From Octopus sinensis (Eukaryota): a stretch of 63,272 nt of DNA. Below, piece by piece: positions 39,716 to 51,684 of the stretch (positions are counted from its first letter, which is position 1; every line of letters starts with the position of its first letter). The notes beneath the pieces are model-generated. The model had not been told where the DNA came from and made no database searches. It worked only from the letters and a program-made list of their open reading frames with translations. The stretch lies in assembly GCF_006345805.1 (NCBI RefSeq), contig NW_021831874.1, positions 1 through 63,272 of the forward strand, read 5' to 3'. A program made the translations under genes and the position numbers.

Positions 39716-41118
39716 ACTTTTTCTAACATAGGAAAGACTGCTGCAAAATTTGTCGATTAAACTGACCCCAAACTAACCTATACGTAGTCCTTCGCCCTAC
39801 TTTAAACAACAGCCGAATCTCCCTCAAACCACTATGTGAATACTAAATGAAGACAAAGGCATTAAATCGTGAGGTCCTACGTAACTAAGAAAAAGATGTT
39901 TGGGTCATTATTGGGATGAATTTTTGTCATAGGTCTGTTCTCTCAATGCTGAACTGGGGTAAATAACATCACCACCAATAACAAGAACGACAAAGAATAT
40001 CAAACATTGGCGCAAGGATTACACATTTATAAGCTTGTGGATTTTGAGGAAATTGAATGAAGTTACATGCTAAGTTCGATAATGAATTTTCTTTTATTGA
40101 ACTGTTAGCGACACTCATATACCCTTGCGAGTACGATATAAAAAGGGGAAAGTTGAATGGGATTGAACAGAAAAAACTTAATGTAAATAAACGTAATTAA
40201 ATATTGCATAACATTTTATCGCACGGTACTGTAATGATTATGGGACTCTACTATTAAAACAACTACGACAACAGCTATAGCGGCAACAATAATAACAATA
40301 ATATTTTCTGAGAACAATTATAGCAATGACAGTAAACAATGTTAAATATCAACAATAATAGCAACAAATATCATAATAATAGAGAATGTAGAAATAAATT
40401 TCATATATATTTATGTGTGTGTAACTGTATGCGTGTATATTATGTGTGTGTACAGTGCAAAACAACAAGGCTAATGACATAAGTCAGTATACATACCCGC
40501 ATACCCGCAAATGTACTGATCTGTACTGAAGTTGCTGGGGGTACTTGTGAATGAAAAAGGAAGAGAGGCGTTTTTTTTCATACACAGACATACAGACAGA
40601 CAAACAGACACAGAAGGGAGAGAGAATGATAGATGGACAAATAGATAGATACATATATTTCATAGATAGAGATATAAATAGGGAGATAGGAAATTATATA
40701 TATAAAAAAAAAGCGAAAAAAGAAGATAAAGAGAAATAAATACTGGTCCTTCTCTATTTTATTTTATCCTTTTCTTTTCCCCTCTCCTACTTCAACTCTT
40801 ATTCACTCATTTCTACTGTTTTTAAAGCTTTTCGTTTCCTGCTCCCTGGTAAAATTTTTTTAGGTGGGAAATTTTTTTCGAGCTGGACTCGAAGATACGG
40901 TGATATTGTAGTATGACGTTCTCTTCCACTTTGAAGAAGGTAATAAGGTTTTGTCGTTTGAAGATTTACTCGTAGAAACCCAGAGTAAACAATCAAACTC
41001 GGTGTAAACAATTAGACTCAAACGTATTTCCAAGTACCAAGCAATTCACCCCATTTGTTTACTCAAACGTCTCTCCATCCTTCTCACTTTCTCTCTCTCT
41101 CTCATATGTATACATACT

Positions 41119-41160
<42 letters not shown>

Positions 41161-41292
41161 TCATACACCTACATACATGTATATATAAATATGCATTCGT
41201 ATATATACGAATATTCATGTGCTATATATATCGGTACAATTTGCCCCTAATATAATCATGTTAATGATTACATCCTCAATTTATAAGTATAT

Positions 41293-41348
<56 letters not shown>

Positions 41349-41660
41349 ATCTCATCAGAGTGTGTGAGTATATGAATTTTGCGTATATATATATAACATA
41401 TGGGAACAATGTAATGCAGCCTTGAAACTTAATAGCAATAATCATTAATTAAATCTTAGACTCCCCACAGTAGTTACTCTGATCCCCCGCGTTGTAGCAT
41501 TTCAGTACTATTGATTGTCAGAATCATCAGTGTTGGAAAATAATCTTTGTAGTATTCGTTCCAACTCAATGCACTTATATCCAACCTCGTTAAGAGCAAC
41601 TAGCAATATTGCCAACTCTTTATCCATGTTAAATCTCTCCCTCTCTCTCTCTCTGATATA

Positions 41661-41796
<136 letters not shown>

Positions 41797-41844
41797 ATAT
41801 ATAATATATATATATATATACATACATACATATATATAAAGTTA

Positions 41845-42035
41845 ATCCAAACAAGAAAACAAAAAGACAACAACGCGAGGATGTGGAACAAATAAAGTAT
41901 TATTGGGCGCTCGGGAAAGAAGAGAAGAAGGAGAGTATGACGTTTCGAGCGGAGCTCTTCGTCGGAAACAAGGAGAAAGAAAGATCCCGAGGTGGGAGGA
42001 CAGAGGGAAAAAAATGCAAGTGGTCTTCACGATAT
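41845..42035 (-). mobile_element. Small PLE pLTR-like element
   Basis: HHR followed by ttgttccacatcctcgcgttgttgtc end, shared with 59134-59197, 59439-59498 and 60870-60955. Confidence 0.55.
41935..41969 (-). ncRNA. Minimal type I hammerhead with U4C core (CCGACGA)
   Basis: GUUU-CCGACGA-A-GAGC(ucc)GCUC-GAA-ACGU-C-AUAC. Stem I has one mismatch; GUC site. Confidence 0.55.
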
Positions 42036-42275
42036 ATATATATATATATATATATATGATGAATGATATCTTATACGTACACATATGTAATGCTTATATG
42101 TTTTAAAACATGACTGCACTCATCATTAATACTACGAGTATTTTACTGAAAAGCCCTTACTATTCTTCTCTGAACAAACCCAGATTTTATTCACTCATAC
42201 TTATCAATTATCAGTTTATCCATCTATTTATGGAAACATACGAACGTGCATACATACATATACACCACACACATG

Positions 42276-42315
<40 letters not shown>

Positions 42316-42329
42316 CAATCAACGAGAAA

Positions 42330-42710
42330 ATGAATCTCAACCACCTTTTTTGTGCGCACAATTTGTGACAGATCATACCTTTCATTTGTTGGGCTCAAAA
42401 ATCTCATTTGCGGACCCATGAAAAACCGAACTTCTACCTACTTCTACTCTGCTTATCTATCTGTACATGCATGTCGATGTCATGTATGTCACAAGCTCTG
42501 CAAATCTAATGGAGGCCTCAAAAGACATTTTAATATCCACGAAGATCAGAACTTAAATGCAGCACTTGGTTGTCCAATGCAGGTATGCAATTTATGTGGG
42601 TGCCTTTTGAAGACATTGTCTGGTTTTAAAAGCCACATCAGACGTCATGATAGATCTAAAGTGTATGTACAAGAGGTGGTCAGACCCTGTATGAGGAGTA
42701 GACAACCATC
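42330..42710 (+). pseudogene. Three C2H2 zinc fingers ending in a (TATG)n tail, probably a non-LTR (RTE-like) 3' end
   Basis: (R)TICDRSYLSFVGLKN-HLRTH (frameshifted), CHVCHKLCKSNGGLKRHFNIH and CNLCGCLLKTLSGFKSHIRRH; fingers 2 and 3 fit C-x2-C-x12-H-x3-H exactly. Confidence 0.65.
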
Positions 42711-42799
42711 ATATGTATGTATGTATGTATGTATGTACCAGCAGGATTACACGTGGTTGCTTGAGTGAAATATATATTTTTGTTGTCAAACTTTAACGA

Positions 42800-43750
42800 C
42801 TTGCCTATAGCAAGTTTTCATACAATACATTTGAATATTATTATATTTGGAAATATTTACCGTCGTAATGCAGATTTTTAAATGAAGGTTTCTGTGACGT
42901 GTGAAGCTTTGGAGGCAATGTTCATTGATAATTGTAGTTTTATGTCGTCTGAGGAAAATTTTATGTCTTATGAAAATACTTTATATAATTCCTGGTAATA
43001 CTAGATTTGTGTGCGAAACATAAAACAGAAGAAATTCTAATAGAAATCTTTATCATTCAACGCTATGTTTTTGGCACTCATCATTTCTTAGTTTGGTGCT
43101 TTTATAAAAAGATCCTGCTTGGTCTAATAGGTAATCATGGAATATTGCCAGCCACGAGAAAAAAACATATACTTGTCCGTTTATCTCAACAAACCTGAGA
43201 GACTTCCCTAAGCCCTGCTGACGATCATAGAAATTTGAAATGCGCTGAACTGAAAAAGTATGCCTTCTGGGATGAAGGTAAAACGTGGAATGAAAACTTT
43301 TGACAAACATTCATAATGATGATGTCGATGAAAAAGAGTATAGCCGACCATTTCCTCTAAATGAAATGAAACATTCGCAAATGAACTCTCTCAATGAAGT
43401 GAAATTTTTACATTAGTAGAAAGATTATTTCCTCTCCAAATACAGGTGTCTTGGCATGTTCTGAACTCATGTGCCAATTGGGATGACTGGTAGAGTTTTA
43501 CCAGAGTGTAGTACTGCGACTCCACCAGTGATGTTAACGCTGCCTCTGAGATCTAAGGTAAGATCGAAATGCAAGTCACTCAGACAGTGTACACTCATAC
43601 TTTCAACCTTGTCTGCTTCAAAACATCTTAATGACTTTGCTAAAATTGTACACAAGACTGCCATGATACGCTAAGTTGACTAACAACATAAAAGCAGAAT
43701 GAGCAATATTGCCGTCTATGTATCATGTTGAAACAAACGTAGATAAGGCC
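42800..43750 (+). mobile_element. Possible hAT transposase C-terminal remnant
   Basis: VNAASE..KSLRQ..LSTLS..HLNDFAKIVHK resembles the hAT dimerisation domain (TNA.SERSFS.LR..RLN.L..VHK); very degenerate. Confidence 0.35.
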
Positions 43751-44033
43751 ACTCGAATAGCAAACTCCTTTTTATCAAACTCTGCTCCACTAGAAACATC
43801 AAGGAAAAGTATTCCTTCCAAATCAAATGTTACCCCTACTTAATTCATGCAAAACCATTTTCTTTTATCTGAAACTAAAACCAATTCCGTTCCAGTTTTT
43901 ACATTTCATAACTGGTTATTATCTCCCGACTGAGAGTTGTAATTGCTGTTGGAGAGTGCTATTCAAGAATCTTGTTAAACTATACAATATTTACAATGAG
44001 GCTCCAAGTTTAGTTGTACGTTGTAGAAATAAA

Positions 44034-44444
44034 GGATCTTTTTGATTTGAACGGCAGTTTTTCTAGCGGTGTCATATGAAATTGTCACCCATAATTATGA
44101 CCCTAGAATCGATCTATTGCATTTCAATCTCTTTTAGGGTTAGGATAAGGGGTGGGGGAAGGGTATCTTTTTACTTCACAAATGTAAATAAACCCAATCT
44201 GTTTCTTAAACGAGGGATATATTCATACGGCACAGAATGTTGTTTACTTCAATGGACGTCAGTGATTGGTTGAAATTGCAGAAATTGAAGAAAAAAACAA
44301 TAAATATCTTACAAACTATTGAATTTTCTCAATAAAGCCAAGAGAAAAAGATGTTTTATAAACACATTCTACCAGTATACGAAGTTTAAAATTTTTGAGT
44401 TACCTAGAAATTGTTAAAAACTGCCGTTCAAACCGAAAAGATCC
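44034..44444. mobile_element. 411-bp MITE with ~29-bp TIRs and 8-bp TSD
   Basis: TIR ggatcttttYgRtttgaacggcagttttt. TSD gaaataaa at 44026-44033 and 44445-44452. Confidence 0.9.
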
Positions 44445-44479
44445 GAAATAAAATCTAGGTAGGTTCCTTTTTTACTCTT

Positions 44480-44760
44480 GATGTACTTCATGCAATAAGC
44501 TTTCTGTAATACTGTCCTTGTGATTATGTGAATATTACTGAGAATTGTTGGTGAATAACCATGAAAATTATAGCAAACAAGATCCTCATCTGGTTTGGGA
44601 AATACGAGCTTCTTCCAATATAGTTACTGTTTGCATCATTCTGCAGCAAGAATCTTCTCTGGCAGGTTGCGTGGTATCCTGCAGTGAGATGTCAAGCAGA
44701 TTCTGGAATGATTTTGGAACATAAATATGGTACAAGAGTTGTCTGAGATTGAAATAGGTC
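44480..44760 (-). mobile_element. Helitron RepHel fragment
   Basis: SFQNLL..YHATCQRR.LLQND..ILEEARISQ..QMRILFAII..HKDSITE, the same protein region as ~19200-19450. Confidence 0.6.
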
Positions 44761-45344
44761 ACTAAATTCCTTCATTTAAAAATCATATTTTGAAATAATT
44801 ATTTGGAAGGTAGGAAATAATTAATTCTTTTATGGTTTCACATTTAAATTTGTATATAATGTTTTCAAAACAAGTTTATACTTAAAATGCTCTTTAGTTA
44901 TAAAAAGAACAATACTGGGAGGTAATTATATTCCACACGAAACCTTAATGCCATATTAGAAATCTGGCATTAAATAGTACATATTCCGTCTTTAAATAGT
45001 ACATAATTCATTGCTTTAAATAGTACACGATTTCAAATAAAATGCATTGTTTTACGATTAAATTATTTGTTTGTATTATTAAATATTGAGATTTTATGTT
45101 CTCACTGTTAATTCTTTATAAAATTTGAAAAATATTGGAAACTTATAAAACTTTATCAGTCCAACTTATAGAGCTTGGAATCTGAATATTTTAGAAATAT
45201 AAACAAATTTAAATGTGAAGCAATGAAAGAATTACGTATTTTGTATCTTCCATAGGATTTGAAACTGTGTAATAACTTTTCGAAAATGTGACGTTTATAT
45301 GCTTGATTTTAGTAACGACAGAATTTCTAATATTTATTTCTGTC

Positions 45345-45944
45345 AAGGCGGTGAGATGGCAGAATCGTTAGCACGCCGGGGGAAATGCGTAGCCGTATTT
45401 CGTCTGCCGTTACGTTCTGAGTTCAAATTTCGCTGAGGTCGACTTTGCCTTTCATCCTTTCGGAGTCGATTAAATAAGTACCAGTTACGCACTGGGGTCG
45501 ATATAATCGACTTAATCCGTTTGCCTGTCCTTGTTTGTCTCCTCTGTATTTAGCCCCTTGTGGGTAGTAAAGAAATAGGTATTTCCTCTGCCGTAACGTT
45601 CTGAGTTCAAATTCCGCCGAGGTCGACTTTGCCTTTCATCCTTTCGGGGTCGATAAATTAAGTACCATGTAATCGACTTAATCCCTTTATCTGTCCCTGT
45701 TTGACTCCTCTGTGTTTAGCCCCTTGTGGGCAATTAAGAAATAAGAAGCGTTAGCACGCTGCGCGAAATGCTTAGCTGTATTTCATCTGTCTTTTCATTC
45801 TGAGTTCAAATTCTGCCGATGTCGACTTTGCCTTTCATCCTTTCGGTGTGGATAAATTAAGTACCAGTTGCGTACTGGAGTCGATCTAATCGACTGACCC
45901 TCTCTCCAAAAATTTCGGGCCTTGTACCTAGAGTAGAAAAGAAT
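45345..45944 (+). mobile_element. Head-to-tail array of three SINE family D units
   Basis: Units 45345-45580, 45578-45746 and 45746-45944; units 2 and 3 are 5'-truncated and unit 3 has the alternative tail. Confidence 0.9.
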
Positions 45945-46969
45945 GTTTATTCCATCTATCCATATGTATATATATAATGGGAAATGAGTAAGAAAGCATG
46001 TGAGGGAGATTGAAGAAACACTGATAGAGAGAGAGCTGAAAACCTGTTTGGTGCATCAAAATTCTTTACCTAACGTTACTACATATTTAATTGTCTGTTC
46101 CAGTTGAATACTTCTCAACATCTCTTTATCCATCTTCTCTTATCCCAAAGAAACCTCGGACCCTCAAACAAAATCTACCGGGTCACCCGATAGTTTTGTT
46201 TGCACATTATTCCGAATGGTTTCTAGGTCTCTCTGCGAACTTTGATAAAATGCTGTTGAGAAATTACGATGTTTTTTGAAGATAAACATCAACGTTTATA
46301 CACACACAGACATTTATATTTACAAGCACATATACATATGCGTGTGAAACATGTAAAATATTGCTTATAGTATTTCAATAATCGTATGGAGTTTTTGATC
46401 CATACTGCATCGCACATTTCCCTTGTGGTTATGATTATCTTGTTCATGCAGTAACCACTTCAGATCGGACAAAACGGCAACTTATCCGCCCATATAGCGA
46501 CTACTAGTTTCACTAATAGCCGAATATTTTTCTTTACTTTCAGCAATGGTCTTCCTCTCTAATATTAACATTTTGACGTATATTTATTTATTTATTCTTT
46601 ATTTAATCTTAATCGTAATGTTTTCAGACCTCTCTAATGGTGAACTACACGATACAAGAGCGAATGGGAATCATCTTGTTTAACTCCAAAAGCAACATAA
46701 GGTGGATTTAACTTGCAATGTTTAGTAAAATAATTTCAATGTTTGAAGAGTGCTTTCTCAATAGATAATTCCTGATCAAATCGGCGGTATTGAATAACCG
46801 GGCTCCAGCACTGTATTACCGCCGTCTGAAAGAAATACGTGCCTACCAATACAACAACAACAACAAAAACTGTAGAGGGTAGAACAATAACAGGTCAAAG
46901 AAAGAAACGAGCAGAATTACCATGAAGAGAGGGGCCTACTGCCAATCGCCACCAAAATAACAACTAACT

Positions 46970-47460
46970 GTTTTAGCAGGAACAGCATCTCGAAAGAGTC
47001 CAGAAGCTGGCTACCCGCATGGTTCATGGTCTCAAAAATTTGTCCTACGAAGAAAGGCTGAGGACGCTCGACCTTTATTCTCTTGAAAAACGCCGCCGCC
47101 GTGGTGATCTCATTCTCGCCCACAACATCATAAGCGGAAAGTGTAACCTCTAGAAAGAGCTGTTCTTCACTCCTGCTCCAGAGCGTCGGCTGCGGGGTCA
47201 TTCCGAAAAGCTCTACCTGCGACGATTTCATCTCAATCGAAGGAGAGGAGCTTTCTCCGTCCGGGTTGCGGATCCGTGGAACAAATTGCCAGACGAGATG
47301 GTGAAGATGCCAACGACCGCTTTGTTCAAAGCCTCCCTGGACCTCAAGTGGCCTGAACTCTTTACATGAACACCACCCTGTACTTAACTCCATGTCCCCC
47401 TACATGGCCTTGATATTTGCTTTTGAGCCAAATTAACTAACTACCTAACTAACACCAACA
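46970..47460 (+). mobile_element. CR1 LINE 3' end (second family) with (TAAC)n tail
   Basis: [62 protein letters not shown]..; stop at 47367-47369. Confidence 0.9.
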
Positions 47461-48152
47461 CCGCTTTTATAAGGAATGACGGTAGCAACGACGATGAAAG
47501 TAACAATAGCAGCAACAACTGCAAAAAAAAAATATATAAAGAAAACAAGAGTAACGGCGAAAGCAGTAACAGCGGCAGAATACACACCATTAGTATAAAC
47601 CAACAGCTACAGAATATTAACAATAGCAAAGCTCTTTCGCTGGAGTAGCTTCCTCAAAAAGTCTCTCTAGCGGGCGAAATTACAAGCCACCGCAAGATTT
47701 AGCAAATTTGGGAGAAAGGAAGTACTTGCCCCACGTCCTCAAACTTTATCTGCAACTGCTAATAACATTGTTCCATGCTGCTATACGATTTCAATAACTG
47801 GCTGTCAGGTGATGGCTACGAACGTGCAAATAGAAAGGGTTTTCCGCGATATATGGCAAGGCAACCAACATATATCTGGCTTCAGGTAGTGTGGTAGAGT
47901 CAAATTCCCATTCAGGATTAATGCTCCCCCACAGTACAATATTCAGAAGTCTTCCACCGAATAGAGAACTACACTTTCTTCTCTACAGGTGCGCTATAAA
48001 GTGCGCTAAAAACAACATTAACGTGGCCCCAGCAGAACTAGATAATTGGTGCATAGTGTTAGAGAAGAGCATAACTACTGGTTGTGTAGAGAACGAGATG
48101 GGAGAATTGGTTTGGAACCACGGACTCTAGCCATCTCTCTGGCTACGGGGTT

Positions 48153-48202
48153 TTTGCAGCTGAAGATGAACGAACTCGCTCGAAACTGTGTCAGTCTCGC
48201 AA
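48153..48202 (+). ncRNA. Degenerate hammerhead-like motif
   Basis: CUGAAGA-u-GAaCG(aacu)CGCUC-GAA-AC(ugu)GU-C. Core intact, but stem I does not pair next to the core. Confidence 0.3.
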
Positions 48203-49289
48203 TCCTATCGTCTGCTGGAGGATGGTAGGGGTTCGCTCCCCTGTTTGGAAATATATATGTAGTGGGTACAGTTGGCGGATGATCTGTCCGGGGCTAAACT
48301 AGTAGTAACATAGAACACCCACTTTGATGTGATGATTAACTTTACCAATTTAGACGGCATCTCCCTGCTAAACGGAGCCGAACTACATGCAACTGTAGAG
48401 AGCAAATGTCCTAAACGCTATTTGTCTAGAACAACTGACCTTCTTAGAGCTTTCTTTTTACACAACCAAAACAGAAAAGGAGAGAGGAAAGCCCTTCTGC
48501 TGCCAATACTAACGATGTAATAATAAGAATGTGCAATAATAGAAATAGTAGCAAAAGTAGCAGCTACGAAAAAGAAGCAACTGTAACAACATTTGAAACC
48601 ACCATCAACAATAGAAACAATAACAACAACAGGAGCTGCAACCATAGCAGAAACTGTAGAAACAGCGATAACAATAGCACCAACAACATCAAATTCATCA
48701 GAGAGACATCACCAACTCTATGTCGATCTCAGAGCACGCTAAATCCATAAGAAATACATTAATGCGAACGACATATCCACGAAATAAATAAACGAAACAA
48801 CCACGAACAAACGAAGTGAAAAACGATAAAACACGCACATCCAACGCAATTGCAACAAAAGCAACGTCAAGTAAATATATAACTCCACCCACAACAACAG
48901 CATCCAACTTTGTACTAATAGGAAGAAAAAATAAAGGACTACTATCATAGCACAAAGTGGACACTCACTTACACACACACACACACACACGGATAGGCTT
49001 TCAAGAAAAAAACGGTGAAAATTCTGAAGTTTCTGTGATTGTAAAGCTGCCAATAGAAAAATATAGAGAAACGAGAAAGGGTTTCCCATATGGCATTGTG
49101 AACTTCAGTGTCATGACCTCGGATAGGTTACTTCAGATTTTCCTCGAGGAATCCCTCACGAAGATAATTTATGGACCCGATTATCTACAGAAAACCATTA
49201 ATTTAGGTGGCCCACTTTTCTTCTTTTTTACAAATATGATAGCTTTCAGAGCTAGTTGCAAAAAGGCACGTTGACTGGGTTCAACTTAG

Positions 49290-49800
49290 AAGCAAGGACG
49301 CTTTCTTTTATGAGCTCACATCAATAGCAATGGATATGAGAGCCATTTGCGAGACCAGAATTTCAGACACATGTACTATGGCACCAATTTTTGATGTCTT
49401 TGGAATCTATACATCTCTGAAGCGACCCAGATCGGTCGTGCTGTTTCAAAAAGGCCTGGGTCACGAGATACAGTCGCTCTTGATGGACTCAGACAGACAG
49501 CTGTTAGTCCTGGATGTAAACAGTAACGAAGATGGTGCCTTCAGACCAATAACTCTCTACACTCCGATAAGAGTGTGGTAACAGAATTTCTTCAAACGTC
49601 TAGAGGATTTCATGCGAGTGCGGGGGTGGTGAACACTATCATTGCATTTCTTATTTCTTACCGCTGGTTAGTCGTACATCGTCCTGCTTAATGGCTGACC
49701 AAATTGGATCGCTTTCTATTTCACTTTCTGTAGAGGAGATGGCTTCTGCTGGTTAGACAGTCTATGTAGTAATGGACACGCTGTGACTAATGATGCGCTG
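49290..49800 (+). mobile_element. L1/Tx1-type APE endonuclease remnant
   Basis: AICETRI..VVLFQKGL..MDSDRQLLVLDV..FRPITLYTP..FFKRLEDF. Confidence 0.55.
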
Positions 49801-49879
49801 ATAAACAATGATGCTTCTACATCTCCAGTGCTTCTTGGGCCCCTTTTGTCAAAAATGTGGTCCCCTCTTATCAAACTCA

Positions 49880-50100
49880 TCTTTGACAGTTCAAATCCCG
49901 CCGAGGTTTGCCTTTCATCCGTTCGGGGTCGATAAAATAAAGAACAAATCAATCACTGGGGTGAATGTAATCGATTGTTTCCCCTCTCCAAATTTCTGGA
50001 CTTCTGCTAAAAGTTGACGTAATTATTAAGACGGCGAGGTATAGAACCGTTAGCGCGTAGGACAAAATGCTTTGCATCGCTTCTTCCGGTTCACTACTTT
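49880..50100 (+). mobile_element. SINE family D pieces
   Basis: agttcaaatcccgccgaggtttgcctttcatccgttcggggtcgataaaa; second head fragment at ~50030. Confidence 0.7.
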
Positions 50101-50143
50101 TCAATTCAATGTTTGAAAGAATTATTTTTCAGTACTACTTCCT

Positions 50144-50177
<34 letters not shown>

Positions 50178-50492
50178 TCTCTCTCTCTCTCGCTATGTAT
50201 ATATATATATATATATATACATCGAGGAGTTGATATATTTACCCCAACCAAAATATTCTCACCTTACTCTTCATTCCTTTTAAAATACTAATATTCAGAA
50301 TCCTACTTTACGCGAAAAAGCAACAACGCAAAATGAACTTACAACTCACAATTGCTTATCAATGAGCCTAATGATTTTTTTGTTTTAGATAATCGGTAAC
50401 TTTTCCTGCGCTCCAGTTAATCGATTTTTTGATTTTCAGTTTTCTTTTTTATCTTCTTACCTTCTTTCCTCTCCACTTACTCTAAAGTTATA

Positions 50493-50611
<119 letters not shown>

Positions 50612-50839
50612 GAGAAGAGACAGAGAGGTGAGGTAAATTCGAGGTTGTATCCAATGAATTAACTGGTGTAATACTTATATGTGACTATGAGTATTAGTAT
50701 TAATGCTCATGAATGATTGGTAAGAAAAAGAATAAACCAAAGTTTACCTATATTTAAGGAAAATAAGAAAATGGAGAAAAAATTGATAACATTGACTTTT
50801 AATAATTGATATTTTTCAGTTATCAGTTTTATCTCCATT

Positions 50840-50915
<76 letters not shown>

Positions 50916-50922
<7 letters not shown>

Positions 50923-51166
50923 CGGAATGGTCATATTGCCAGTTTAGTCAATAAAAACACACGCACTATATATTTGGTGTTATTTTGCTTCAGTGATATT
51001 TATTTTTTACATTAATCTTAATCTTATTTCGGCCAAAGTTCTTTCGTCACACTCCTGTGACCGCATCAGTGGTCCTTTGTTTTCTTCTCACTTATTTGTG
51101 TCTCTCCTTACTAACCGTCAGCCATTTTGTATTTCTAAACTGGCAATATGACCATTCCGAAATATA
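50916..51166 (-). mobile_element. pLTR-like element bounded by perfect 32-bp inverted repeats
   Basis: tatatttcggaatggtcatattgccagtttag (50916-50947) and its reverse complement (51135-51166), enclosing an HHR-like motif. Confidence 0.6.
51031..51074 (-). ncRNA. Type I hammerhead-like motif with A9C
   Basis: gaCCA-CUGAUGC-G-GUCAC(aggagu)GUGAC-GAA-AG(aa)CU-U-UGGcc. Confidence 0.5.
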
Positions 51167-51226
51167 ACAATATCTGTTTCAACACACGACTTCACATAAA
51201 AAATCTTGCACAACAAATATTTAAAC

Positions 51227-51271
<45 letters not shown>

Positions 51272-51283
51272 ATATGTGTGTGT

Positions 51284-51329
<46 letters not shown>

Positions 51330-51350
51330 TGTGTGTGTGTGTGTGTATAC

Positions 51351-51684
51351 TGGCACTCCGTCGGTTAAGACGATGTGGGTTCCAGGTGATGATCCGATCA
51401 AGGGAGCAGTCTGCTCGTGAAATTAACGTGCAGGTGGATGAGCACACAACAGACACGTCTACCCTTAATGTATTTCTCAGGGAGATTCAGTATGATACAG
51501 AATGCGGAAACGTTGACTCCTTGAAATACGTGTACTACTCATTTTTGTCAGGTGAGTGGACTGGAGAAACGTGAAATAAAGTGTCTTACTCAAGGACACA
51601 ACACCGTGCCATGAATGGAACTCACAACTTTACGATCCTGAGCAGAACCAGAATACCCTAACCACTAAGTGACGCACCTTCACA
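51351..51684 (-). mobile_element. SINE family C (tail C2)
   Basis: Homologous to 22128-22448. Confidence 0.75.

Noticed and set aside
40864-40939. AG...GT-bounded candidate exon
   Set aside because: Stop codons in all three frames.
41490-41535. CUGAUGA...GAAA on the minus strand
   Set aside because: Neither stem I nor stem II can pair; likely a chance match.
48529-48964. N/S/T-rich and hydrophobic ORFs
   Set aside because: Degenerate (CAA)n low-complexity sequence, as at 27050-27650.
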